The notes beneath the pieces are model-generated. The model was given only the letters and a program-made list of their open reading frames with translations. It was not told where the DNA came from and made no database searches. Both the position numbers and the translations under genes were made by a program. Positions 16,414 to 30,374 of a stretch of 31,770 nt of DNA are shown here, piece by piece (the first letter of the stretch is position 1; each line of letters starts with the position of its first letter). This stretch comes from Eledone cirrhosa (Eukaryota): NCBI GenBank assembly GCA_964016885.1, contig CAXHJY010000512.1, positions 1 through 31,770 of the forward strand, read 5' to 3'.

Positions 16414-16464
16414 AGATTCTACAGGACTAGAACTGTTTCATTCTTTAGAAATCATCAGGAATCT
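16414..16464 (-). ncRNA. type I hammerhead ribozyme motif in a probable Penelope-like terminal repeat (about 16328-16710)
   Basis: Minus strand AGATTC-CTGATGA-T-TTC TAAA GAA-T-GAAA-CAG ttctagtc CTG-TA-GAATCT: 6-bp stem I, 4-bp stem III, GUA site. Confidence 0.72.
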
Positions 16465-16737
16465 GGGTATCAAAAAATAAATATGGTATTTATAGGTCTC
16501 TACAAGTGGTAGGAGAGGGTGGGGAGTGGGATGGGTGTAGGTCATTGGTTGATAGAAAAGGGAATTCATTAAAAGCTAATTCTACAAAGCTATAGTTTAT
16601 TTTTATTAATTTTTGTTTTTAGAGTAACAAAGGCAGACAGAATTCTATAAACAGGTTCCGGATGGCATACCATTCCTTGTCATTAAGTTTCTCTTAAGCT
16701 AACAGATGTCTATAAGATCAGTGGGGGGTCAGTCATT

Positions 16738-18105
16738 ATTGGGGTCCACCAGGGCTCTGTTCTTAGCCCTCTCCTGTTCATCATAGTCCTGCAGGCAATA
16801 ACGGAGGAGTTTAAGACCGGATGCCCATGGGAACTCCTGTATGCTGATGACCTCACACTCATAGCTGAATCTATGGTAGAACTAGAGAATAAATTCCAAA
16901 CTTGGAAGCAGGGACTAGAAAGAAAGGGTCTCAAAGTCAACATGACAAAGACTAAGGTCCTAGTAAGTAGACAAGAAAACAGAACCCAGATCCCCTCCGG
17001 GAAATGGCCTTGCTCAGTATGTAGGAAAGGTGTAGGTAGGAACTCCATTCTCTGCCCCAAATGCAAACAATGGGTACACAAGAGATGTAGCGGGATTTCA
17101 GGAAGCTTAATTAAGAATGTAGGATTCACATGCAGCAGCTGTGCTGAGACAGCAAGCAGCAAACAGCCACAGGAAACAAGTACCACCAATCTCTGGGAGG
17201 GCCCTGTAGAAACAGTAGACAGCTTCTGCTACCTAGGTGACCGAATTAGCAACGGAGGTGGGTGTTCAGAAAGTACAATAACTAGGGTAAGAACGGGATG
17301 GAAGAAGTTTAGGGAACTAATACCACTGCTAGCTGCAAAAGGCTTCTCCCTCAGAATGAAAGGCAGACTGTCTGATGAGTGTATCCGAACAGCGATGTTG
17401 CATGGTAGTGAGACCTGGGCGCTGAAGGTGGAAGACTTACGTAGATTAGAGAGAAACGAAGCCTGCATGCTCCGATGGATGTGTAACAGTAATATACGTG
17501 AACGACAAAGCATAAATGAATTGAGAGAGAGACTGAGCATAAGAGGAATCAAATGCTGTGTGCAGGAGAGGCGGTTGCGCTGGTATGGACATGTGATGCG
17601 TATGAAGGATGACAGCTGCATAAAAAGGTGCAGAGCACTAGAAGTTGATGGAAACCGCGGAGTGGGGAGACCCAAGATGACCTGGGATGAGGTGAAAAAG
17701 CCGACCTTACCCAATTACACCCCTCAAAGGCAATGACACACGACCGTGACTTCTGGCGTCACGCAGTAATACAGAGTACCCGACCTCCCATGGGTACAAG
17801 CTGAAGCATATAGACAATATGCCCCCACACCCCCACCGCAAGGTGGTCGTGGAGGTGCCACGGCAAAAAAGCACCCAGCCCACACTGTAAAGTGGACGTG
17901 TAGGCACCACGAAAAAGCACCCAGCACTCACTGTAAATGAGGTTGGTGCTAGGAAGGGCAGCCAGCTGTAGAAATCAAGCCAGATCAGTTCCTGTATGAG
18001 CAAGGCATGGTCAGCCGACCAGACACTGCCCACAACAGGACAACCCGTCTAACCCATGCTAGCGTGGAAGAACGGACGGTGATGATGATGATGATGATGA
18101 TGATG
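16738..18105 (+). mobile_element. 5'-truncated RTE-clade LINE, family B (diverged relative of family A)
   Basis: GVHQGSVLSPLLF, YADD, Cys/His insert, RRLRWYGHV; frameshift near 17700; 3' UTR and (GAT)n tail. Confidence 0.95.
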
Positions 18106-18509
18106 ATACATATACATATACATACATATACATATATATATATATATATATATACATATATATACATATATTAATACATATATATATATATATACATATA
18201 TGTATATATACATATATATATACATATATATATACATATATATACACATATATATACATATACATATATATACACATATATATACATATACATATACATA
18301 TATATACATATACATATATATACATACATATATATACATATATATATATATATACATATATGTATATATAGATATATATATACATATATATACATATACA
18401 TACATATATATATATATATAAATATACATATATATATATATATACATATATATATACATATATATACATATATGTATATATACGTATATATATATATACA
18501 TATATATGT

Positions 18510-18578
<69 letters not shown>
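18106..18578. repeat. (AT)n/(ATAC)n array
   Basis: Seen directly. Confidence 0.95.
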
Positions 18579-18580
<2 letters not shown>

Positions 18581-18582
<2 letters not shown>

Positions 18583-18797
18583 AATAAAAGGAATTTCAAT
18601 TTTCAACCTTCAGTTGAAAATTGAAAACTTGACTGTCACCACACATTATGAAGATTGCGAAAGCATGAAAGTACTTGTTCAATTAACAGTTAGCATTTAA
18701 TATTCTACCATACTATTTCATTCTAATACCATTATAAATTTTAAGGGATTGTAAATAAAATGAGTAAATCAGACAAAGTTGGAATTCCTTTTATTAA
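18581..18797. mobile_element. MITE-like element with terminal inverted repeats
   Basis: TTAATAAAAGGAATT (18581-18595) and AATTCCTTTTATTAA (18783-18797) form a perfect 15-bp IR, extendable to about 23 bp with 2 mismatches; TA-rich flanks. Confidence 0.55.
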
Positions 18798-18840
18798 TAT
18801 AATCTTCTATACACAATCATACACACCTGTGTAAATTTAT

Positions 18841-18917
18841 CTATCTATCTATATATTTATATATATATATATATCTATATACACATATATATAACTTTGA
18901 ATAACTTTGATATATAC

Positions 18918-18949
<32 letters not shown>

Positions 18950-19037
18950 GTATATACACATATATATACATATATGTATATACACATATATATACATATA
19001 TATATATACACATATATATACATATATATATATACAC

Positions 19038-19068
<31 letters not shown>

Positions 19069-19155
19069 CATATATACACATATATATATACATATATATA
19101 TATACACATATATATACATATATATATATACACATATATATACATATATATATAT

Positions 19156-19206
<51 letters not shown>

Positions 19207-19399
19207 CACATATATATATACATATATATATATATGTATATACACATATATATACATATATATATACATATATATACATATATATATACATATATATACA
19301 CATATATACATATATATATACATATATATATACATATATATACACATATATACATATATATATACACATATATACATATATATATACATATATATATAC

Positions 19400-19431
<32 letters not shown>

Positions 19432-19433
19432 AC

Positions 19434-19468
<35 letters not shown>

Positions 19469-20965
19469 CATATATATACATATACATATAAATACATATA
19501 TATATACATATATATATATATACATATACATATATATACATATACACATATATATATACATACATATATATACATATACACATATATATATATATATATA
19601 CATATATACATATATATATACATATATATATACATATATATATATATACATATATATATACATATATATATACATATACATATATACATATATATATATA
19701 TATACATATACACATATATATATATATATACATATACACATATATATATATATATATATACATATATACATATATATATACATATATATATACATATATA
19801 TATATATACATATATATATACATATATATATATATACATATATATATACATATATATATACATATATATATATATACATATATATATACATATATATATA
19901 CATATATATATACATATATATATATATACATATATATACATATATATATACATATATATATACATATATATATATATACATATATATACATATATATATA
20001 TACATATATACATACATATACATATATATATATACATATATACATACATATACATATATACATATATATATACAAATATACATATACATATATATATACA
20101 TGTATATATACAAATATATATACATATATATACATATACATATACATATATATATACATGTATATATACAAATATATATACATATATATACATATACATA
20201 TATATACATATATATACATATATATATACAAATATATATATACATATATATATACATGTATATATACAAATATATATACATATATATACATATATATACA
20301 TATATATATACAAATATATATACATATACATATATATACATATATATATACAAATATATATACATATACATATATAAATATATATACATATATATATATA
20401 CATATATATATATACAAATATATATACATATACATATATATATATACATATATATATACAAATATATATACATATACATATATATACATATATATATACA
20501 AATAGATATACATATACATATATATATACATATATATATACATATATATATACATATATATATACATATATATATATATACAAATATATATACATATACA
20601 TATATATACATATATATATATACATATATATATACATATACATATATATATATACATATATATATACATATATACAAATATATATACATATATATATATA
20701 CAAATATATATACATATACATACATATATATATACATATATATATATACATATACATATACATATATATATATACATATATATATACATATATATATACA
20801 TATATATATATACATATATATATATACATATATATATACATATATATATATACATATATATATACATATATATACATATATATATATACATATATATATA
20901 TATACATATATATATACATATATATACATATATATATATATACATATATATACATATATATATAC

Positions 20966-21008
<43 letters not shown>

Positions 21009-21283
21009 TATATACATATATATATACATATATATATACATATATATATACATATATATATATATACATATATATACATATATACATATACATATATATA
21101 CATATTTACATATACATATATATATATATATATATATACATATATACATATATACATATACATATATACATATATATATACATATATATATATACATATA
21201 TATATATATACATATATACATATACATATATACATATATATATACATATATATATATACATATATATATACATATATATATAC

Positions 21284-21346
<63 letters not shown>

Positions 21347-21359
21347 CATACATATATAC

Positions 21360-21392
<33 letters not shown>

Positions 21393-21405
21393 CAAACATA
21401 TATAC

Positions 21406-21458
<53 letters not shown>

Positions 21459-21471
21459 CATACATATATAC

Positions 21472-21507
<36 letters not shown>

Positions 21508-21519
21508 ATACATATATAC

Positions 21520-21590
<71 letters not shown>

Positions 21591-21612
21591 CATATATATA
21601 TATACATATATA
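18841..21612. repeat. 2.8 kb (AT)n/(ATAC)n array with ACAAAT variant block at about 20070-20710
   Basis: Seen directly. Confidence 0.97.
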
Positions 21613-23970
21613 TATGACTTGGGCTTTGGTGTTGGTATAGAGCAGTGATATCAGGTCCACTATCCTCTTGGGGATTCCATAAGCCTGTAAGATCTTCATC
21701 AGGCAGTAACAGTCCACAGAATCAAAGGCCTTCCTAAAGTCAATGAAAACCATGACCGCAGGAAGGCACTTTGCTCTAGCTCCCTCTAATATCCTTCTCA
21801 GCATCAGGATGTGACTGGTGGTTGATCTACCCTCTCTGAAGCCGTTCTGGTTGTCCCTGAGCTTCTTCTCCATCTCAGGCTGGATCCTGTTAAGAATCAT
21901 CCTGTTGGGGGTCTTTGCCACAAGTGACGTCAGTGAGATCCCCCGGTAGTTGTTGGTGTTAGAGAGATCTCCCTTCTTTGGCACTGGGACGATGTTACTG
22001 ATCCTCCACTGATTCGGGGCAACTCCTTTCTCCAGTGCCCCGTTACAGAACCCCAGGATGATATCATCAAAATCACACCTCTTCATCACCTCTGATGCCA
22101 CTCCATCTTCTCCATGAGCCTTGCCCTCCTTGATCTTCTTATTGGCTCTCTGAAGCTCCTCTCTGGTGAAGGGCTCTGTCTCAACATCCAGTTCCTCAAA
22201 CAGCCGCCTGATCTCCCCGGTGCTCTGGGCTGTGGAGGGTGGCTCTCCTAGTAGGGTCCTAAAATGGTCTAGCCATTTCCTCTTCCTATCCTCGGGCCCC
22301 GTTCCCTGGATCTGACTCGAACACCTTTTCTTCCTCCCTGTGATCTCGTTGATGATCATCCAGCTCCCCTTACATCCAGATCTGTCAACCGCTCTCTCCA
22401 CACTTCTGATCTTCTCTATCAGTGCCTCCTCTCTGACCTCAGTGTAAGCGGTACAGAGCTCTTCCCTCATCACCTCCACAGTCTCCATCCTCTCCTCCGT
22501 AGGATCAGCATAGAATTGGTCCCTGGCAGCTTTCAGGTGTTCTCTGGCTGCACACACTTTTGGGTTTGCAGAGCTGACGTGCTTCCCTTTGTTCTTTTTC
22601 CTCGGCACCAGGGTTTCACTTGCTTTCGCCACTGCATTGGTGAAGTGCCCGTACCTCCTCGTCACACTCTCCTCAGTCCATCCAATCTCTCTCTCCTCTG
22701 ACTCTCCACACAGAGCACTAAACCTGTTTCTCACTTCCACTGTGAACCTCTCCTGTAGCTTATCATCTTCCTTGAAAGCTCCCCAGTCATAGATTGTTCT
22801 CCGGGGCTGAGCCTTGCTCTTTCTTAAGCTTATGCGGACCTCACTCATAACAAGCCAGTGGTCACTACCCAGTGTACTGAAATAGCTGTATGGTTCCGTG
22901 TTCAGAACACTATTCCGCCACTTTTTCCTCACCAGAATGAAATCAATCTGGGACTTGGACAGGTGCATATCTGAGATGTAGGTCCACATCTTCCCCAGAT
23001 TCTTCCTAAACCTTAGGTTGGTCGCCATCAAGTTCGCCTCCAGCAGGGTGTCACTCAGTAGTCTTCCATTTCGGTTGGTGTTGTTATGGAAGTACCAGCA
23101 AGGATCTTCACTGCCCTCCTTACTCAGATGTGCATTGAAGTCCCCCAAAACAAGCAGGATATTGTGTGCCTGAGTGGTGTTGACAGCTCTACACACCTCC
23201 TCATGGAACTCCTCGGCATTCACATCACTGTCCCCCTCGGTTGGACTATAGGCTGAGATGACTGTCAGTCTTGGGTTTCCATTGAAGGTCACCCTCAACA
23301 CTCGCGGGGAGATAGGCATTATTTCCCTCACCAACAGATTGGTTTTTGCACTGAACACAAAACCCACTCCTCCTACTGCAGCATTTGTTGTGTTCTTCAC
23401 TGCCGATGTAGTGATGAGCTGGCTCTTCCTCCCGATCATCACACTCCTCACGGGCTCATCGTGTAGAATCCTGTGTTCTTGGATCGCAAGTATCTGTATA
23501 CCACTCTCCTCGAACAGATGTCCCTACTCCTCTCTCTTCTCCAGCGTTCGAATAGTCCTCACATTCAAAGTGCCCATTTTGATGGCTCTTCTACAGGACA
23601 AAACTGCATTCGTTATATTTGTCTCAGAGACAGCTGATCCATCATCCACTGGCCCTCTCTGTGGCTCTAAGCCAGCAGAGTCATAACGACCAGGCTGCTC
23701 CTTGACAGTGTAATTAGGGGCTCTAACCCTAGTGCTGTTAGATCGACTCTCCATATTTCTTTTCAATGGCTTACAATACCTTACCGGCGCCACTCGAATA
23801 AGGTAGATATTTAACCCATAAATGGAGCCCTAATAGGTACTACCACCCCGGGCCAGGGCAGACCTGGGAGTCATGACAACTAAGGGGTAACTCCACATTC
23901 CCCACATCTCCTGAACTCCCGAACTGGAGCCTTGCCACTGGATGTAGTTTAATGTCATACCCAGGACACC
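21613..23970 (-). mobile_element. inverted 5' part of a full-length RTE LINE (family C): 5'UTR, APE endonuclease, N-terminal RT
   Basis: ATG 23754; GTLNVRT, in-frame TAG at 23526-23524, [54 protein letters not shown]; ends [11 protein letters not shown]. Confidence 0.95.
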
Positions 23971-24931
23971 TGATGGGATGACAGAGTTCTTTGAGATACT
24001 GGCTGGAGTGCTCCAGGGAGATACATTGGCTCCCTACCTTTTTATCATCGTAGTGGACTATTGTATGCGCCTTGCACTGGAGAAACACCAGGACTCTGGC
24101 TTTACTGTAGCACCGGCTCAGAGCAGGAGAGTTGGGGCGAAAAAGGTATCGGATGCTGAATTTGCCGACGACATAGTTTTGGTGACAAATACAGTGAAGG
24201 AGGCAGAGGATTTGATGCGGGAGGTTGAGACTGTGTCGATGAGTGTGGGGCTGAGAATGAATGAGACTAAAACAAAATATCTGGTAGAGAATGTTGAGAA
24301 GCCAGAGGGGATCACTAATGTAGGCGGGAAGCCGCTGGAATTGGTTGAGGACTTCCTGTATTTGGGAGCAAAGATTGGGAATACGGAAGATAATGTGGTT
24401 GAGAGGAAGAGCAAGGCCTGGGCGGCGTGTCACAGCTTGAGATCGGTCTGGAAGTCGGACCTTCGTAGAGACCTGAAAATCCGCTTCTTCATTGCTGTAG
24501 TGGAGTCTGTGCTGCTGTATGGGTCTGAGACTTGGACACTGACCAAGAGACTCACTCAGATGGTGGATGGGTGCTACACGAGAATGCTGAGGATGGCTCT
24601 GAACATTAATCAGTATACACTGAGGATGAAAAACTCAGAGCTGTATGGGAGCATCCCAAAAGTCAGCTCAAAAGTGACACAGAGGAGACTGAGGTTGGCT
24701 GGACATGCTGACCGACATCCAGAGTTGACATTGCACTCAGTGCTCCTTTGGGAGCCCCTACATGGACACACTAGAAGAGGAAGACTAAGGATAACATATG
24801 TTGATGCCCTAAGGACAGACACTGGTCTGTTGGAGATGCAGGATATGGCAGCGATAATGAGGGACAGAGACCGCTGGAGAGAACTCGTCCATGGATCTCG
24901 GGAATTTTACCCGCCTTAGAGATAGATAGAT
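23966..24931 (+). mobile_element. 3' part of the same family C RTE: C-terminal RT and short (GATA)n tail
   Basis: TPDGMTEFFEILAGVLQGDTLAPYLF, FADD, DFLYLG, YGSETWTL, RRLRLAGH; stop at 24919 followed by AGATAGATAGAT. Confidence 0.95.
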
Positions 24932-25076
24932 ATATATATATACATATATATATATACATATATACGTATATATATACATATATATATATACATATATATG
25001 TATATATATACATATATATATATATATATACATATATATAGAAACATATATATATATATACATATATATGGAAACA

Positions 25077-25141
<65 letters not shown>

Positions 25142-25185
25142 ATACATATACATATATATATACATACATATACATACATACATAT

Positions 25186-26547
25186 ATCATCATCATCATC
25201 ATCATCAACGTTTAACGTCCGTGTTCCACGCTTGCATGGGTTTGGACGGGGGTAGTCCCACTTGAGGCAAGAGTGATTGTCTTGCTCGCATAGGACTGTC
25301 TGGCAGGTTTTCTACAGTTGGATGCCCTTCCTAACACCAACCACATTTACAGTGTGGGTCTGGGAGGTTTTTACCGTGTTGCCTACACGGCCACATTACA
25401 GCGTGGACTGTGTGTTTTTTTGTCGTGACACCTACACGATCTCGTTTGTTTCGGCCTGGATGGCGCGGCACCAACATAACTTTACATGGAACGGGGTGGT
25501 GTGGATGGGGTGGGGGTGGTGGCGGGACGGGGTCTAGTTTGTTAGAGATGCCTACTGGCAAGGCGGGTCTTCTCTGTTACTGAGTACCGCCAAAGGTCAC
25601 GGTCCAGTGACATTGTCTTGGAGAGGTGTAAGTGTGTGAGGTCGGAGTTTATCAGCTCATCCCATGTTTTTCTAGGTCTGCCTATTCCGTGGCTACCGTC
25701 TATCTTTATTGCCCTGCACTTTGTAATACAGCTATCGACTTTCATGCGCATCACGTGTCCATACCAACGCAGCCTTCTCTCGAGTAAACAACATCTGATC
25801 CCTCTTATCTCTAATTTTTTCCTTAGTTCGTTTATGCTTTGCCGTTCACGTATATTATTGTTACACATCCAGCGGAGCATGCAAGCTTCGTTCCTCTCTA
25901 GTCTGCGTATATCCTCTGCACACAATGCCCAGGTCTCACTACCATGCAACATTGCTGTTCGTATGCAGGCATCGTACAACCTGCCTTTCATTTTTAGGGA
26001 GAACCCTTTAGCAGCTAATAGTGGTATAAGCTCTCTGAACTTTTTCCAACCAGTTCTGACTCTAGCTACAGTACTTTCAGAGCACCCTCCCCCACTGCTG
26101 ATTTTATCGCCCAGGTAATGGAAGCTGTCCACTATTTCTATAGAACCCTCTGCGCAATTGAAAGAGCTAGTATTTTGTGGGCACTTGCTGCTACTTATTG
26201 CACCAGAACACCGGCCACATGTAAAGTCTATGTTCTTCTGTGATCCCACTACATCTTTTATGCACCCATACTTTGCATTTAGGACATAAGATGGAGTTTC
26301 TACCTACGCCTTTCCTACATACCGAGCACGACCATTTCCCAGAAGGGACCGCCGCCTTGTTTTCTTTCCTACAAACTAGAACTTTGGTCTTAGCCAGGTT
26401 AATTTTAAGTCCTTTTGACTCTAGGCCGTGCTTCCATGTTTGGAATTTCTTCTCTAGCTCGGCCATTGATTCCGCTATGAGTGTCAGGTCGTCTGCGTAT
26501 AGGAGTTCCCATGGGCAGCCTGTCTTGAACTCCTCTGTTATAGCCTG
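25186..26547 (-). mobile_element. 5'-truncated RTE LINE, family A copy 2
   Basis: Reverse complement of about 9448-10820 at very high identity; small deletion near 26238; (GAT)n tail. Confidence 0.95.
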
Positions 26548-26582
26548 TATGTATATATATATATACATATATATATACATAC

Positions 26583-26613
<31 letters not shown>

Positions 26614-27097
26614 CATACATATATATATACATACATATACATATACATACATATATATATACATACATATATATATACATACATATATATATATATATAT
26701 ACATACATCATCATCATCATCATCATCGTTTAACGTCCGTGTTCCAAGCTTGCATGGGTTTGGATGGAGGGTTTTCCCACTTGAGGCAAGAGTGGTTATC
26801 TTGCTCGCATAGGACTATCTGGCGGGTTTTCTACAGCTGGATGCCCTTCCTAACACCAACCACATTTACAGTGTGGGGCTGGGAGGTTTTTACCGTGTTG
26901 CCTACACGGCCATATTACAGCGTGAACTGTGTGTTTTTTGACGTGACACCTACACGATCTCATTTGTTTCGGCCTGGATGTTGTGGCACCAACATAACTT
27001 TACATTGAAAGGGGCGGTGTGGATGAGATGGGGGTGGTGGGACGGGAGTGTATTTTGTTAGAGATGCCAACTGACTGTAGTAGGTTTTACTTTGTAC

Positions 27098-30000
27098 TTA
27101 GGTAAGGCGGGTCTTCTCTATTACTGAGTACCGCCAAAGGTCTCGGTCCAGTGACATTGTCTTGGAGAGGTGTAAGTGTGTGAGGTCGGAATTTATCAGC
27201 TCGTCCCAGGTTTTTCTGGCTCTGCCTATTCCGTGGCTACCGTCTATCTTTATTGCCCTGCACTTTGTTATACAGCTATCGTCCTTCATGCGCATCACGT
27301 GACCATACCAACGTAGCCTTCTCTCGAGTAAACAACATCTGATCCCTCTTATTTCTAATTTTTTCCTTAGTTCGTTTATGCTTTGCCGTTCACGTATATT
27401 ACTATTACACATCCAGCGGAGCATGCAAGCTTCGTTTCTCTCTAGTCTGCGTATATCCTCTGCACACAATGCCCAGGTCTCACTGCCATGCAACATTGCT
27501 GTTCGTATGCAGGCATCGTACAACCTGCCTTTCATTTTTAGGGAGAACCCTTTAGCGGCTAATAGTGGTATAAGCTCTCTGAACTTTTTCCATCCAGTTC
27601 TGACTCTAGCTACTGTACTTTCAGAGCACCCTCCCCCACTGCTGATTTTGTCACCCAGGTAACGGAAGCTGTCCACTATTTCTATAGAACCCTCTGCGCA
27701 GTTGAAAGAGCTAGTATTTTTGGGGCACCTGCTGCTACTTATTGCCCCAGAACACCGGCCACATGTAAAATTTATGTTCTTAGTTAGCTTACCTGTGATC
27801 CCACTACATCTTTTATGCACCCATACTTTGCATTTGGGACACAAAATGGTGTTTCTACCTACGCCTTTCCTACACACTGAGCATGGCCACTTCCTGGAGG
27901 GGACCGCCGCCTTATTTTCTTTCTTACAAACTAGAACTTTAGTCTTAGCCAGGTTAATTTTAAGGCCTTTTGATTCTAGGCCGTGCTTCCATGTTTGGAA
28001 TTTCTTCTCTAGCTCGGCCATTGATTCAGCTATGAGCGTTAGATCATCTGCGTATAGGAGTTCCCATGGGCAGCCGGTCTTGAACTCCACTGTTATAGCC
28101 TGGAGGGCAATAATAAATAGTAGGGGGCTAAGAACAGAGCCCTGATGAACACCAACTTTTACGCTAAACTCTTCACTATATTCGTTGTTAATTCTAACCT
28201 TGCTGACTGTTTCTTTATACATGGCTTGTATAGCCCTCACAAGCCATTCGTCAACGCCTAGTTTTCTAAGAGCCCACCAGATAATGGAGCAGGGGACTCT
28301 GTCGAAGGCTTTCTCCAAGTCGACAAAAGCTAAGTAGAGGGGTTTACCTTTAGCTAGGTACTTCTCCTGTAGTTGTCGTACTATGAAAAGAGCGTCTGTG
28401 GTACTTTTGCCTGACACAAACCCGAACTGCATTTCATCTAGGTCAATTCTCTCTCTGATTAGTTGCGCTATTACTTTTTCCGTGACCTTCATGACCTGGT
28501 CGATTAATTTAATGCCTCTATAGTTACTCCTATCTAGGGCGTCTCCTTTACCCTTATAACAGTTAACGATGATGCTGCTATGCCAGTCCTTCGGAACAAC
28601 CCCATTCTGTACGACTTGGTTAACTATGCGGGTGACCATGGTGTGTCCCACCGTGCCAGATGCCTTCAGCATCTCAGCAACTATTTCCGAAGGCCCAGCC
28701 GCCTTACCCGTCTTCATATCCTTGATTGCCTTACTTATTATACTCCCCTCGACTAACACTGCTGGTCCCTCTATTGGGTCGATATGGGGGAGACTGTCTT
28801 TCTCCCATTTATTCTCCTCATTTAGTAGCCTTTCATAGTGACACTTCCAAGCTACCTTCTTATCAGCGTCGGTGATGGCAAGTGTGCCATCGTCGTTTAG
28901 TACACACTTCTCCCCGACAATATCACGGTTTTCCTTGACGCATTGCCTAGCAATCCTGAACACCTCACGTTTTTGGTCATCGCGTTGTAGAACATGCTTG
29001 AACTTTCTTTCCTCAGCTTCCCTTCTTGCTAAGTACACTTGTCTCCTAGCTTCCCTCCTGGCCACTTGATAGTCTTCTCTACTTCCCCCATCCCGCCATA
29101 CTTTCCAAGCCTGCTTTTTGGCCTTAATTGACCCCTCCACCTTACTGTTCCACCACCATGTTACTCTCCTCCTGCCTACAGGCCTGCTCCAGCCACAGAC
29201 TTCGTCTGTCGCCAACAGCAGGTTTGCTTTCAGAAATTCCCACTCTCCCTCTATATTGTCCGACTCTAAATGTTCTTCCTTACTGTCGAAAGCATCAAGT
29301 AATATGCTTTGAAATTTATTCCTGGCTGTGGGGTCCTTTAGCTTCCATATTTTTCTCCTGAGGATAGTCCTCTTCTGCTGTCGAGTACGTCTCGTCCTGA
29401 CTATGAGGTCGCTAATTATCAGTCTATGTTGGGAGGTGCATTCTTCATGGGGGAGGGATTTAGTGTTTACAACAGACACTCTGTCACGTCTTCTGGTAAG
29501 GATATAATCTACCTGGCTTGTGTGTTCCCCGGATCTATAGGTGATCAGGTGATTGTCACGTTTTTTGAAGTTAGTGTTACAGATAGTTAGGTTATTTGCA
29601 TCACAGAATTCCAGGATTCTGGAGCCTTCCTCATTTCTAGTACCAAACCATAGCCTCCATGGATTTCGTCGTAGCCGTCACAATGTTGTCCAACGTGACC
29701 ATTTAGGTCGCCTGCAATAATTATATAGTCACTGTCGGATATTTGGGAGGTAGTTAGCATCAGTGTCTCATAGAATCTGTCTTTTATTGTGCCGGGCAGT
29801 CCGGATTGGGGTGCGTACGCAGATATTACTGTCACCGTAGTTCTATTGAGGACAAGTCGTATTTTAATTATTCTGTCGTTCACTCTATTTACGTCTATTA
29901 TCTTATCTACCCACTTTTCTGCTACCATGATTCCTACTCCACCCAGCCCATCGTCGTTTCCCACCCAGAAAAGCTTATAACATCGTTTTTTACCCTCAAT

Positions 30001-30267
30001 GAATCTAGCAGACCCACCCCTCCACCTGGTCTCTTGAATACAACAAACATCGACCTCCTTACGTTCAAGCATTTCTACAACCTCGTTAGCGCGACCCTTT
30101 AGGGTGCCTACATTTATGGTACCAACTCTAAAGTTTTGGATTGCGTTTGGGGGTTGGGGGCGGTGGGGGACGGGGGGCGATGGTGTTATGTTAGCCCTCA
30201 GCGGTCGAAACAATGAGGAGTGCTCGCATTCTCGTCCAAGAGGTGAATTTGTCTTTATCTTTGGCAT
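27098..30267 (-). pseudogene. APE endonuclease-reverse transcriptase polyprotein (about 1056 aa if one frameshift is repaired)
   Basis: ORFs 29587-30360 and 27098-29479 join by adding one T at 29645-29647 (GGYG-F-GTRNEEG); start codon uncertain (30267 or 30327). Confidence 0.88.
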
Positions 30268-30374
30268 TGTCGCTGAGCGTCCAGATTTTTCTCTCTCTCC
30301 TCCACTTTCCAGGATTCCGCAGTCCATCCATCCATCATATATCGAAAGGCAACCAGGCAAGCGATAGTATAGGC

